63,134 nt of DNA, from IMG/VR virus record IMGVR_UViG_3300016673_000467, positions 1 through 63,134 of that record; one strand, 5' to 3'. Shown here in pieces: positions 37,273 to 46,963 of the stretch; the first letter of the stretch is position 1, and each line of letters opens with the position of its first letter. Both the position numbers and the translations under genes were made by a program. The DNA comes from a virus (taxonomy: Duplodnaviria > Caudoviricetes). A model generated the notes under the pieces. It saw nothing but the letters and a program-made list of their open reading frames with translations. It made no database searches and had not been told where the DNA came from.

Positions 37273-40200
37273 ATGACCGATATTGCGAGCCTCGGGATTG
37301 AAGTCCAGACCGGCGACGTTACCAAGGCCGGTGCCGAACTCGACAAGTTTGTCCAGGCAGGTGAGAAGGCGGAAAAGGCCGCCGAAGGGATTGGCCAGAG
37401 CTTCGACAAGGCCTCCACGGCAGCCACCGGCTTGTCCGGTGCCGAAACCAAATTGGCGGAAACCACTGAAGAGGCCAAAACCCGCTTGCTGGCCATGGCC
37501 AGGGCTTCGCTGGATTCCAGCGAGTACTTGAAGAGCCTGGCGTCGAGCGTCAACTCAAGCACCTCGGCAATGGACGCAGCCCGTGCGACCACCACCGACT
37601 ATGCCGCGCTCAATCGCCGACTCAAGGCCGACGCTGATGCCCTGGTGGGCACTGTCGACAAGCAAGCCGACGCGAGTCGTTTGGCGGCGGCTGCAACCGG
37701 TGTGCAGGCTGATGGATTGGTAAAGCTGCTGGGGCAGATCAACCCGACCACAGCAGCGCTGGCGCGTCTCGACGAGCAACAACGCCAACTGAATCAGCAC
37801 CGGGCCGCGGGCAATATTGATAAGGACGGGTTCAAAGCCTACTCGGCGGATATCGAAACCGCCCGCGGCAAGATCAAGGGTTTCAATGACGAGTCCGTCA
37901 AAGCCAAAGACGCTACCGACAGCTTCGGCTTAAGTACGCGAGGCGCCCAGAAAAACGTCCTGCAACTGATAAATGCACTGTCTTCAGGCAACTGGAACAG
38001 CGGCCTCCATGCTATTGCCCGGCTTGGCATCGGGGCCGGTATCTCGGGCGCGGGTATTTCCTCGCTGTTTTCCGGCGGTGCTGGCGCTGCGGCTTTGGGC
38101 GACTCGCTGGCGAGCATTGCGGACAAGTCCAAGGAAGTGGCTGAAAACGCAGGGGAAGCCGGCGAGAGCATTTCCGACCTCGCGGACAAGTCCAACGCGG
38201 CGGCCGAATCCACTGAGAACGCCAAGAAGGCACTGGAAGCGCTTACTGCCAGCACCGGCCCGGTCGGGCTTGGAATGGCTGCGCTGGTGGCTGGTACGCT
38301 TGCGGCGGCGGCTGCTGTTGGCGTTTTAATTTATGGCTACTACCAGGGCAGCAAGGAAGCGGACGCCTATAACAAATCCCTGATTTTGACCGGCAACTAT
38401 GCCGGAACCAGCGCGGGGCAATTGGCTGACCTAGCGCGGCAGGTCAGTGCCACCAATGGCACGATCGGCGATGCGGCAGCCACACTGGCCAAGCTCGCGG
38501 GCAGTGGTGTGATTGCGAGCAGCAGCTTTAAGGAAATCGCTGATGCCGCATCTGCTATGGAAGACGCTACAGGCAGGTCTGTTGATGCAACCATTGCCGA
38601 GTTCGTCAAAATCGCCAAGGACCCTGTGGCGGCAGCCAAAGAGCTGAATGACCAATATCACTTCCTGACCGCCTCGGTTTACTCACAGATTGTCGCGCTG
38701 AAGGAGCAGGGCGATACCACGGCAGCGACCGACCTTCTCACCAAAACCTATGCGGAGACGGTTCAAGACCGATCCAGGCAGATCACAGACAACCTCGGGA
38801 CGATTGAGCGCGCCTGGAAAGGGATCAAGGATGCGGCTGCCGGCGCGCTGGATGCGACGTTAAATATTGGGCGTCTCGATATCAATACGAAAATTGAAGG
38901 TGCGCGAGCGGACCTTCTGGAAGCTCAGGACATGGGCGGTTTATTTCAAAGCAAAAAGTCAAAGGATGCGCTGATTGAGTTTCGGCAAAATCGCCTGAGC
39001 ATGTTGGAGGACGAAAAGGCTGCACAGGAAGACATCGCTAAGTTGGAGGGCGAGCAGAGAAAGATCCAAGATGATGCGGTTGGGGCTCAGATTAAGGTCG
39101 ACGCACTCACCAAGTCGGCGTTGACGAATGAGCAAAAGCGCACGGAGGCCGTCAAGGAGTACAGAAAGCAGCTTGAAGCCATTCGCAAGGCGAACCCTGA
39201 CGATGCGCGCCTGAATCAGGGCGTTATCGACAAGAACATCGCGAATATCAATACAAGGTTCAAGGATCCTAAAGGTGGGGCTCCCGGCGCTGTTGACCTG
39301 ACCGAATTCAACGCCTCGCAAAACGCAATCAAGGCCATTCTGGCTGAATACTCCAACGCCCAAAAAGAGTTGGATGCACTGCAAAAGGCCGGTTTGGTTT
39401 CGCAGGAGGAATACAGCTGGAAACGTGCAGGCCTGATCGGTAACGAAAAAGACGAAATTACGGGCGCATATGAGGCCGAGATCACAGCCCTTGAGTCGGC
39501 CAAGGCCCGCAAGACGACCTCGGCTGCCCAGGCTATCGAGCTGGACAAGAAAATCTCCGATGCCCGTACCGATATGGTCAAGGCCCAGCAGGACGCTGAC
39601 AGCAAACTCAAGGTGCTTGAGATCGATCAAGAGGGGCGCCTTAAAAAGCAGACTTTGGCGATCAATAGCTATATCGACGCGCTGGCGCGGCAGAACCAGG
39701 CGCTACAGCAGGCCGGTCAGCGTGCGGCGGCGGGTGTTGGTCAGGGAGACCGGCAGAACTCACTTAATGGCGAACTCAACGGCATCGCGGATCGGGCTAA
39801 CCAGCAGCGGCTGGATTTGGCGCGGGACAAGGCCGATGCTGCGCGCAATATGAGCGCGGATGAGTACAACCAGAAACTGGCCGCGATCAACAAAAGCGAA
39901 TCCGACCTCAAGGACACTACCCTCAGTAACTACGAGCAAATGTCCGCCGCGCAAAGCGACTGGCGCAATGGCGCAACCTCGGCATTCCAGAACTACCTGA
40001 ACAGCGCCCGGGATGTTGCGGGCCAGACCAAGGCCCTATTCGGCAACGCCTTCAGTTCGATGGAGGATGCTGTCGTCAACTTCGCCATGACCGGGAAGCT
40101 GTCGTTCGCGGACTTTACCAAGTCGATTCTGGCGGATATGGCGCGCATTGCGGCGCGGCAGGCTAGCTCTTCACTGCTCAGCAGTTTGGTGGGCGCTGCA

Positions 40201-40698
40201 GCGAGCTACTTCGGGGGCGGTGGTTCGCCGTCCTCGGCAGGCTCGACAGCAGGGGGATACAGCCCTGAGGTCATGGGTGGTTGGTCGGGGATCGCGCAGG
40301 CCAATGGCGGCGCTTGGAGTTCGGGCGTGCAACTGTTTGCCGATGGTGCCGCATTCACCAACACGATTGTTAGTAAGCCGACTGCCTTCGGTATGGCAGG
40401 GGGTAAAACAGGAGTCATGGGCGAGGCGGGCGAAGAGGCAATCATGCCTCTCACGCGCACTGCAGGCGGCAAGCTTGGGGTTATGGCGGTAGGCGGCGGT
40501 GGGGGCGGCACTTCGGTGAGCCTCAGCATGCCGATCATGGTGATGACCGATGAAGAGTCCGCCCGCCCGGAAGGGGCTGAACTCGACACCGAAACTTTCC
40601 AGCGCAACATGCAGGAGCGGATACGCACCGTGGCCAAGGAAGAAATCGCCAAGTCCTGGCGCCAGGGCGGAGTCAGCAGCCGCAACGTAAAAGGATGA
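37273..40698 (+). CDS. Tape measure protein
   Basis: 1141 aa Ala-rich helical; C-terminal GEAGEEAIMPL. Confidence 0.95.
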   Translation: MTDIASLGIEVQTGDVTKAGAELDKFVQAGEKAEKAAEGIGQSFDKASTAATGLSGAETKLAETTEEAKTRLLAMARASLDSSEYLKSLASSVNSSTSAMDAARATTTDYAALNRRLKADADALVGTVDKQADASRLAAAATGVQADGLVKLLGQINPTTAALARLDEQQRQLNQHRAAGNIDKDGFKAYSADIETARGKIKGFNDESVKAKDATDSFGLSTRGAQKNVLQLINALSSGNWNSGLHAIARLGIGAGISGAGISSLFSGGAGAAALGDSLASIADKSKEVAENAGEAGESISDLADKSNAAAESTENAKKALEALTASTGPVGLGMAALVAGTLAAAAAVGVLIYGYYQGSKEADAYNKSLILTGNYAGTSAGQLADLARQVSATNGTIGDAAATLAKLAGSGVIASSSFKEIADAASAMEDATGRSVDATIAEFVKIAKDPVAAAKELNDQYHFLTASVYSQIVALKEQGDTTAATDLLTKTYAETVQDRSRQITDNLGTIERAWKGIKDAAAGALDATLNIGRLDINTKIEGARADLLEAQDMGGLFQSKKSKDALIEFRQNRLSMLEDEKAAQEDIAKLEGEQRKIQDDAVGAQIKVDALTKSALTNEQKRTEAVKEYRKQLEAIRKANPDDARLNQGVIDKNIANINTRFKDPKGGAPGAVDLTEFNASQNAIKAILAEYSNAQKELDALQKAGLVSQEEYSWKRAGLIGNEKDEITGAYEAEITALESAKARKTTSAAQAIELDKKISDARTDMVKAQQDADSKLKVLEIDQEGRLKKQTLAINSYIDALARQNQALQQAGQRAAAGVGQGDRQNSLNGELNGIADRANQQRLDLARDKADAARNMSADEYNQKLAAINKSESDLKDTTLSNYEQMSAAQSDWRNGATSAFQNYLNSARDVAGQTKALFGNAFSSMEDAVVNFAMTGKLSFADFTKSILADMARIAARQASSSLLSSLVGAAASYFGGGGSPSSAGSTAGGYSPEVMGGWSGIAQANGGAWSSGVQLFADGAAFTNTIVSKPTAFGMAGGKTGVMGEAGEEAIMPLTRTAGGKLGVMAVGGGGGGTSVSLSMPIMVMTDEESARPEGAELDTETFQRNMQERIRTVAKEEIAKSWRQGGVSSRNVKG

Positions 40699-40701
40699 TT
40701 T

Positions 40702-41037
40702 ATGGCAATCGAAACCTTCATCTGGCAAAGCGAAAAAGGCGAGGGCGAGATCAAACAGCGAGTGCGCACCCAGCAGTTCGGCGACGGCTACGCCCAATCG
40801 GTCTCGGACGGCATCAACAACAAATCCCAGACCTGGCCCTTTATGCACACCGGCCCCAAGGAAAAGATCAAAGCAATCATGGCTTTTCTTGATCGACACC
40901 AGGGGGCCAAGGCCTTTCTGTGGACACCGCCGTTGGGCGAACTCGGCCTGTATAAGTGCAACGGCTACAAACCCTCACCCCGCGGCGGCCAGGTCTATTC
41001 CCTGTCAGCCACATTCGAGCAAGCGTTCCACCCCTGA
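40702..41037 (+). CDS. Minor tail protein M (distal tail)
   Basis: FGDGYAQ...GIN; FLWTPP. Confidence 0.9.
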   Translation: MAIETFIWQSEKGEGEIKQRVRTQQFGDGYAQSVSDGINNKSQTWPFMHTGPKEKIKAIMAFLDRHQGAKAFLWTPPLGELGLYKCNGYKPSPRGGQVYSLSATFEQAFHP

Positions 41038-41048
41038 GGTAAATCCCC

Positions 41049-41843
41049 ATGGCATTAATCACGGACATCCAGAAACTGGAGCCCGGTGGCGAAGTGCGCC
41101 TGTTTGAAATCGACGGCAGCGAGTACGGCGCGGATATCTTGCGCTTCCATGGGCATTCCATCCCGCATACCCCAGCGGAACTCGACCAGAACGGACCTTC
41201 TCTGTCGCTGGACTTTGCGGGTGGTCAATTCAGCGCTGAGAACGGCCGGGAACTGGGCGCCAAGCCTATCTATTGGCAGGGCAACGAATATGCCGCGTGG
41301 CCGGTCAACATCGAAGGTATTGGTGCAAACAGCGACGGCACCGCAACGCGGCCCACCTTTGTCGCGGGCAACGTTAACGGCCGGGTCACCGCCCTGTGCC
41401 TGGCCTTTGAAGACCTGCTCAAGTTCAAACTCACCGTGCGCGAAACCATGGCGCAGTACCTGGACGCGGAGAACTTCCCCGACGGCAACCCTACTGCCGA
41501 CCCAACCCAGGAGGCGCTGGAAATCTGGTTTATCGACCAGAAGACCGGTGAAGACGGCGAGCAGGTGCAATGGGAGTTGTCCTCGCCGGGCGAGATCGAC
41601 AACCACGGGTTGCCTGGGAGGCAGATGACCACCTTTTGCCATTGGGCCATGACTGGTGGTTACCGTGGGCCGAACTGCAATTACACCGGCCGGTTAATGT
41701 TTGATGACGATGATGTGCCCACCGACGACCCGAGCAAGGACATCTGCAAAGGCTGCCTGTCGTCCTGCAAATTGCGCTTCGGCGAAAACGAAGAGCTGCC
41801 CCACGGGGGATTTCCCGCTGTATCCCTCATTTCCCGGAGCTGA
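41049..41843 (+). CDS. Minor tail protein L
   Basis: C-terminal Cys cluster, CKLRFG...GGFP. Confidence 0.9.
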   Translation: MALITDIQKLEPGGEVRLFEIDGSEYGADILRFHGHSIPHTPAELDQNGPSLSLDFAGGQFSAENGRELGAKPIYWQGNEYAAWPVNIEGIGANSDGTATRPTFVAGNVNGRVTALCLAFEDLLKFKLTVRETMAQYLDAENFPDGNPTADPTQEALEIWFIDQKTGEDGEQVQWELSSPGEIDNHGLPGRQMTTFCHWAMTGGYRGPNCNYTGRLMFDDDDVPTDDPSKDICKGCLSSCKLRFGENEELPHGGFPAVSLISRS

Positions 41844-41845
41844 CC

Positions 41846-42610
41846 ATGCGCAAACACATTCTGAGCGCGATACAAGCTCATGCGGTTGCCGAGTACCCTA
41901 AAGAGTGCTGCGGCCTGCTGCTGGCAGTCGGACGCAAGCAGCAGTATTTCCCGTGCCGGAACATAGCCAGCGAGCCGAATGAAGAGTTTCGTCTCGATCC
42001 CGAGGACTACGCGGCGGCGGAAGACGTGGGGGAGGTAATCGGCATTGTCCACTCGCACCCGGACGCAACCAGTCGGCCGTCACCGCATGACTTGGCTATG
42101 TGTGAGGCCACGGCCTTGCCTTGGCACATTTTGAGCTGGCCTGAGGGGGATTTGCGCACGATTACTCCGACCGGCAGTACGCCGTTGCTGAAGCGCCCAT
42201 TTGTGCACGGTGCCTGGGATTGCTGGCAGGTTTGTGCTGATTGGTACAAACGCGAATGGGGGCTGGAGTTTGAAGCTTTCAAGCGTGAGGACGGTTGGTG
42301 GGAGAATGCGGACAACACCAGCCTTTACGAGTCCAATTACGAAGCGGCGGGCTTTGTGCGGGTCGATCAGCCGCAGCGCGGTGACTTGATAATTATGGCG
42401 ATTGGGCGAACGGCTCACCCGAATCATGCGGGGATTTATCTCGGGGATGATCCGGCCTTACCTGGTGAAGACTCGGATGTGTTCGGTCCGGGGCCGTTTT
42501 TGCTTCATCACCTGTGTGGGCGGCCGTCTGAAGTAATGGTTTATGGCGGGTCTTGGCTGGATAGGACACGCCTGATCCTCAGGCACAAGAATACAAAACA
42601 ATTAACGTAA
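41846..42610 (+). CDS. Tail assembly protein K (JAB plus NlpC/P60)
   Basis: ECCG, HSHPD, DCW, NHAGIY. Confidence 0.9.
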   Translation: MRKHILSAIQAHAVAEYPKECCGLLLAVGRKQQYFPCRNIASEPNEEFRLDPEDYAAAEDVGEVIGIVHSHPDATSRPSPHDLAMCEATALPWHILSWPEGDLRTITPTGSTPLLKRPFVHGAWDCWQVCADWYKREWGLEFEAFKREDGWWENADNTSLYESNYEAAGFVRVDQPQRGDLIIMAIGRTAHPNHAGIYLGDDPALPGEDSDVFGPGPFLLHHLCGRPSEVMVYGGSWLDRTRLILRHKNTKQLT

Positions 42611-42635
42611 TGCGGCAGAGCCGCAGGAGCAAGAT

Positions 42636-42884
42636 ATGAAGGCCAGCCAGCTCTACAAGCTGATAATCAGAGACTTGTTTACCACGTCTAATGGCGCGCT
42701 CTGCGGAGTAGAGGCCGTTGTTGCCATTCTGGATGGGGAAACTGAGATTGATCGCTTGAGTTTCAAGGGTAAAGTCGGGCCAGGCGGGGATGGGTATGTT
42801 CGGACTTACACTGCTAAGCCGGGGCTCAAGGCAAGGATCGTCTCATGCCCCGGCTCAATCAATATGGAATCAGTTCTGAGTTAG
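42636..42884 (+). CDS. Hypothetical protein
   Basis: AGGAG RBS. Confidence 0.6.
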   Translation: MKASQLYKLIIRDLFTTSNGALCGVEAVVAILDGETEIDRLSFKGKVGPGGDGYVRTYTAKPGLKARIVSCPGSINMESVLS

Positions 42885-43085
42885 ATCAGACCAGACGAAA
42901 TCATCTGTTTCCGGTCTGTGGGACCCATACCGTGCAGCGTACCCCTCACCAGCGACCTTTGCTTGAGACTCCGCTTCAGCTTTGTTTAAGTAAACGCCGT
43001 GGAGGCTCCACGGTGCATTCCTCAAAACGCCCCAACCGAGAAACCATCCCACGCTATCTGGGTCTTTAGGTAGTTCATTGCTCAC
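42870..43085 (-). CDS. Small hypothetical protein behind leader copy 1
   Basis: GGAGG RBS with GTG start. Confidence 0.6.
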   Translation of the reverse strand: MSNELPKDPDSVGWFLGWGVLRNAPWSLHGVYLNKAEAESQAKVAGEGYAARYGSHRPETDDFVWSDLTQN

Positions 43086-43102
43086 ATTGACCTCCAGGTC
43101 AT

Positions 43103-43227
43103 AAATGCGCCGAAGTTGGCGCACCCCCAGCCCTTGGGCTTGTAGGTAAAGGACTGGGAAAATCCTATTGCGTAAGGGCAGGAGGCGACTACGGTAGGTG
43201 ATGGGTTGTTACTGGGGATTCGTACAG
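43103..43227 (-). repeat. Leader/promoter module copy 1 (CTG-N10-CAG box plus two hairpins)
   Basis: Colinear with 44878-45003. Confidence 0.75.
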
Positions 43228-43276
43228 GCTGCAACCATTTGCCATTCTATAGGCAATCTGCGTACACTTAGCGCCA

Positions 43277-43621
43277 ATGAAAACAGTCTTCTTTGAAACC
43301 ACAAGCTTCACCGCCACGTTGGGTGACTACCTGACTGACGATGAATACCGGCAGCTTCAAGTAGAAATGCAGGCGAACCCGGCCGCAGGCGATGTAATGC
43401 CGCGTACGGGTGGATTTCGAAAGCTACGCTGGCAAGACGCCCGCAGAGGGAAGGGCAAGCGTGGCGGGTTGCGGGTCATCTATTACTGGCTGCTGGATGA
43501 TGGTCAGTTCTGGATGTTTGCAATCTACGACAAGGATGAGCTGGAGAACCTGACCGCCGATCAGGAGAAAGTACTGAAGGCGGCCATTGGTGCAGAATTG
43601 AAACAACGAGGTGGAAAATGA
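43277..43621 (+). CDS. higB: Type II toxin, HigB-2/RelE-like
   Basis: GDVMPRTGGFRKLRW...GKRGGLRVIYY. Confidence 0.88.
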   Translation: MKTVFFETTSFTATLGDYLTDDEYRQLQVEMQANPAAGDVMPRTGGFRKLRWQDARRGKGKRGGLRVIYYWLLDDGQFWMFAIYDKDELENLTADQEKVLKAAIGAELKQRGGK

Positions 43622-43932
43622 AAAAGCGCGATCTGTTTGCCGAGCTGATGCAAGGCGTGAACGAGATGGGCGAACATCGTGAGGGGAAGATCACCCTTCG
43701 TCAGTACGAAGTGGAGGCGTTGCCGGTTCCCGAAGTGACTGCTGCCGAAATTGTTTCCATTCGCGAGAAGCTGCACATGTCTCAGCCAGTGTTTGCCCGG
43801 CAGATCAGAACCAGCCCGGATACACTGAAAAACTGGGAGCAGTCGAAGTCAAAGCCCAATGCCCAGGCAGCGCTGTTGATCAAATTGGTTCAGCGCTTTC
43901 CAGACATGGTTGACCGTCTAAACGCGGTGTAA
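43618..43932 (+). CDS. higA: HTH antitoxin, HigA-2-like
   Basis: IREKLHMSQPVFA...TLKNWEQ...P; toxin-first order. Confidence 0.88.
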   Translation: MKKRDLFAELMQGVNEMGEHREGKITLRQYEVEALPVPEVTAAEIVSIREKLHMSQPVFARQIRTSPDTLKNWEQSKSKPNAQAALLIKLVQRFPDMVDRLNAV

Positions 43933-43947
43933 ATTTATGCGTACCCG

Positions 43948-43975
43948 AAAGCCCAGCCCTCGCGCTGGGCTTTTT
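43948..43975. terminator. Bidirectional terminator
   Basis: AAAGCCCAGC-N5-GCTGGGCTTTTT. Confidence 0.8.
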
Positions 43976-43999
43976 GCATCTGACTTATCGGTTGTATGG

Positions 44000-44539
44000 T
44001 TAATATCTTCGAGGTTTTAACGCGTTATCCAAGTCATGCGCCAAGTCGTCAGCGAGAACTCCTAAAACGATCCAAAGCGCCGTTATGCGCACACGAACAG
44101 CAATGGCGTGAGTATTATCATCCTCACCTTCTGGGTCGTAGGACGCTCCCCCTTTGTGAATAATCATAGCGACCGACTCGCTATCTTTGAAGAACTTCAA
44201 CAATAGTGCATCCAGCCGGGCGGGTTCGTTGCGATGGCCCACCGCATTACGGAGGTTGTTGAGCGATTTAACTGCACCCCAAACATGGGGAGCGGCAGCT
44301 CGACCCACGATTGATTGGCACAGCTCTGTAGCCGTGCCAAAAGTGAATATATCGTTTCGGTTGTGCGGGCGGGAATAGCACGCAACACCAGCAGAGATCA
44401 CATCGTGGAGCCGCTCTTCAATCATCATGTGGCCTCGAAGTACTGCTGTCAGCAGAGCATCGTTTCGGTCAAAGACTCTGTGAAATTGCTCGACTTTTTT
44501 CTCGATATCCTCAGCGAAAAGCTTCCTAGTCATTGTCAT
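44000..44539 (-). CDS. Putative HEPN-like protein
   Basis: LRGHMMIEERL and LNNLRNAVGH (RxxxxH). Confidence 0.6.
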   Translation of the reverse strand: MTMTRKLFAEDIEKKVEQFHRVFDRNDALLTAVLRGHMMIEERLHDVISAGVACYSRPHNRNDIFTFGTATELCQSIVGRAAAPHVWGAVKSLNNLRNAVGHRNEPARLDALLLKFFKDSESVAMIIHKGGASYDPEGEDDNTHAIAVRVRITALWIVLGVLADDLAHDLDNALKPRRY

Positions 44540-44632
44540 CCTTGGATCTGTAATTAGTGGGTGCAGTCCAAGTGCATAAATCCCGGCGGGCCGGGCTGCT
44601 CTAGGATTGCTGCAGCCTGCGGATCAAGAATC

Positions 44633-44860
44633 TCAAGTAGCATCTGATCGTGCTCTACGCGAGTTGCCCTGTAGAATGTGCACCGATCTAGTAGGATCCT
44701 TTTCATGCATCCTGGCTGATGCAAGGTACCTCGGTTCGACAGAGATCGTCACGGTCCTGTCACTCCGAGTATCGGTGACTTCCAGGTGATAGCGCCCAAT
44801 CAAGCCGTCGTCTCGTTCGGTGTGGCCGAGGAGTTTGAGGGCGAGGGTAGGTTCTGGCAT
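44633..44860 (-). CDS. Small hypothetical protein behind leader copy 2 (possibly frameshifted)
   Basis: AAGGAG RBS; an alternative frame continues MKRILLDRCTFY. Confidence 0.5.
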   Translation of the reverse strand: MPEPTLALKLLGHTERDDGLIGRYHLEVTDTRSDRTVTISVEPRYLASARMHEKDPTRSVHILQGNSRRARSDAT

Positions 44861-44877
44861 ATCATTCTCCTTGTGTA

Positions 44878-45003
44878 AAATACGCCGATACTAGCGCAAC
44901 CCCAGTCCTAGGGCTTGCAATCGTAGGACAGGGGGAATCCTGTTGCATGGAGGTCAGAGGCTACTATCGGTGGGTAGCTGCATATAACTGAGGATTCATG
45001 CAG
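44878..45003 (-). repeat. Leader/promoter module copy 2
   Basis: Colinear with 43103-43227. Confidence 0.75.
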
Positions 45004-45086
45004 ATTAATTGGGTGATACGGTCCTGCACTATTAGAGGTCTGTCTCGGCGCACAGGCCTTTTTCAAGTTTTGGAGGCACTGAAGGG

Positions 45087-45830
45087 ATGAGTAGGAAGCA
45101 ATTCATTGAGCTACATGGAGCTACTTGTGATAACTGGACGTGGAGTTGGTCGTTCGTCAATCACAAGAACCGGATCGTAATTTTTGGCGCATGGGAGCAC
45201 TGGAAAGAAGGAAACGAGACTAAAATTTTTGACAAAAGTTGGTCGGTAAGTGACACAGGGAGAAAGGAAAGTGGTTTTTCCCAGTCGATGAGACACATAA
45301 AGTTGGTTCAGGATGAGGGGTATCTATTAAAGACCTTCAAAATGATCAATTCGGACGAACGAAAAAATGAGAAAGGGTTAGGTCCTGCCAAAATCGAAAA
45401 ATTCGACCGAGAACTAATTCCAATGTATTTGGATGAGAGGGACGACAAGTGGTATGCAGTAGAATTTCTTGATGACACGCTTGATGATTTGCATATGTCT
45501 CCTGATTTTTCAGCCCTAGGCAGTGATGGCGGCTTAAGCTTCATGGTGATGAAGTCCTATGTGCGACGCAATCCAAAAGTTCGGCAGAAAGTTATCGAGC
45601 GCGCGACCTCGGGGTGCGAGCGAAAGTCGTGTAGTGACACTCGAAAATATCCAGGTTTTCTTGACGTTCATCACATTCTCGGTGCGAAAAACAGCGACAG
45701 ATACTGGAATTGCGTTGCGCTTTGTCCGAATTGCCATCGTGAGGCGCATTATTCGCCGGATAAAAAGCGCATCAACAAAGAATTGCTAAATTTTGCTAGT
45801 AAGTATGAGAGTAAAAGTGATCAGTTATAG
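45087..45830 (+). CDS. HNH endonuclease with uncharacterised N-terminal domain (McrA-like architecture)
   Basis: RNPKVR...CE..C...DVHH...N..ALCPNCHREAH; AT-rich. Confidence 0.85.
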   Translation: MSRKQFIELHGATCDNWTWSWSFVNHKNRIVIFGAWEHWKEGNETKIFDKSWSVSDTGRKESGFSQSMRHIKLVQDEGYLLKTFKMINSDERKNEKGLGPAKIEKFDRELIPMYLDERDDKWYAVEFLDDTLDDLHMSPDFSALGSDGGLSFMVMKSYVRRNPKVRQKVIERATSGCERKSCSDTRKYPGFLDVHHILGAKNSDRYWNCVALCPNCHREAHYSPDKKRINKELLNFASKYESKSDQL

Positions 45831-45929
45831 TCTTGATCAAAATTCATAGTTTTGCCTTCCATGCTCTTGGACTGATTTTTTTGAATCTATAGAGCGATAT
45901 CGTTGCGCCTCCATTGGTGGAGGCTTTTG

Positions 45930-46367
45930 ATGAGAGTTAAAAACTGGCAAGGCTGGGAGCCTTAGTAGCTGAAGCTGACCGAACACTACAGAAGTGCGCC
46001 GACTACTCCGGGGGCCTACCTGATATGTGCCGATAGAGACATCAATCGCGCTGTCGGCGTTGATGAGCATGGGATTTTGACTATATGGTGAGTCGGAGAA
46101 CCTGAGGCGTAGACTGTCTGCATTTGTTCGGTGCGCCAAAACTCCTGATGCAGCAGGGCATATTGCTGGCTGGCGCCTCAACTATGCATCATTTGAAAAG
46201 GTTTCCCGCTTGAAAGTCTTTGGGTGAGCTGGTACCCAACAGCAAATAAAGCCTTGGCTTATGCCAAAGAAGGAGAAATGCTTGGGCTTTACTTGGCTGA
46301 ACACTATGAGTTGCCTCCATTGAACTACAAGTTGATTTGGTCGGAGCTCCAAAGCGACGCTTCATGA
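45930..46367 (+). pseudogene. GIY-YIG nuclease pseudogene
   Basis: GGAGG RBS; reconstructed PGAYLI...ILTIGESENLRRRL...EGEML...ELPPLN with two stops and two frameshifts. Confidence 0.7.
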
Positions 46368-46371
46368 GATG

Positions 46372-46400
46372 AAAAAGCCCAGCTAAGCGCTGGGCTTTTT
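46372..46400. terminator. Bidirectional terminator
   Basis: AAAAAGCCCAGC-TAAGC-GCTGGGCTTTTT. Confidence 0.85.
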
Positions 46401-46415
46401 GTATTTGCTAACTCG

Positions 46416-46880
46416 CTACCCGCGCTTCAAAGACACCATCGCATCCACAAAACGCTCAGCTTTCTTCTGTGTATCTACAAGTGAACTGTTCATGACGCTC
46501 CCGCCTGTACTCCGGGTCTGTACAACCCATCGGCCGCGTTTCGAGTAGAGGGCCACGCTACCGATTGAGTTGTAGTAAATACGAGTTTGAACAGCTTTTG
46601 ACGATGTTCTTGAATTGCTTGCTGCAATTGCTCCGCCACCGAGAGGGACTGCGCTGGCAAAGCCGCTGGTGGTCGAGAGTATTCCGCTGCCATAACCAAT
46701 GTACTCATCAGTAAACACGACCTGTTCCGGCCTGGTCTTGAGAGGTTGCTCCATAAGTACCTGCTCAATTACCGAACGTGCCTGCTCTGGGCTGATCTTG
46801 GCCGGAGTGTACTCAACGACTTTTGATGCGCATCCTGTGAGCAGAAGCATTAATGCAGCTATTGCGAAGGGTCTCATCAC
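46416..46880 (-). CDS. Lipoprotein
   Basis: Lipobox LTGC. Confidence 0.75.
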   Translation of the reverse strand: MMRPFAIAALMLLLTGCASKVVEYTPAKISPEQARSVIEQVLMEQPLKTRPEQVVFTDEYIGYGSGILSTTSGFASAVPLGGGAIAASNSRTSSKAVQTRIYYNSIGSVALYSKRGRWVVQTRSTGGSVMNSSLVDTQKKAERFVDAMVSLKRG

Positions 46881-46963
46881 AGGTTCCGTTATTGGTGGCG
46901 GGGCATTCTGCCATGACAGCGTTGCTGATGCTAAAGTCCCGCCAAATCAATTGAGGGAACGAC

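Noticed and set aside
4885-46367. Stop-codon reassignment explaining in-frame stops
   Set aside because: The stops are of mixed type, accompany frameshifts and occur only in accessory genes; core genes use the standard code
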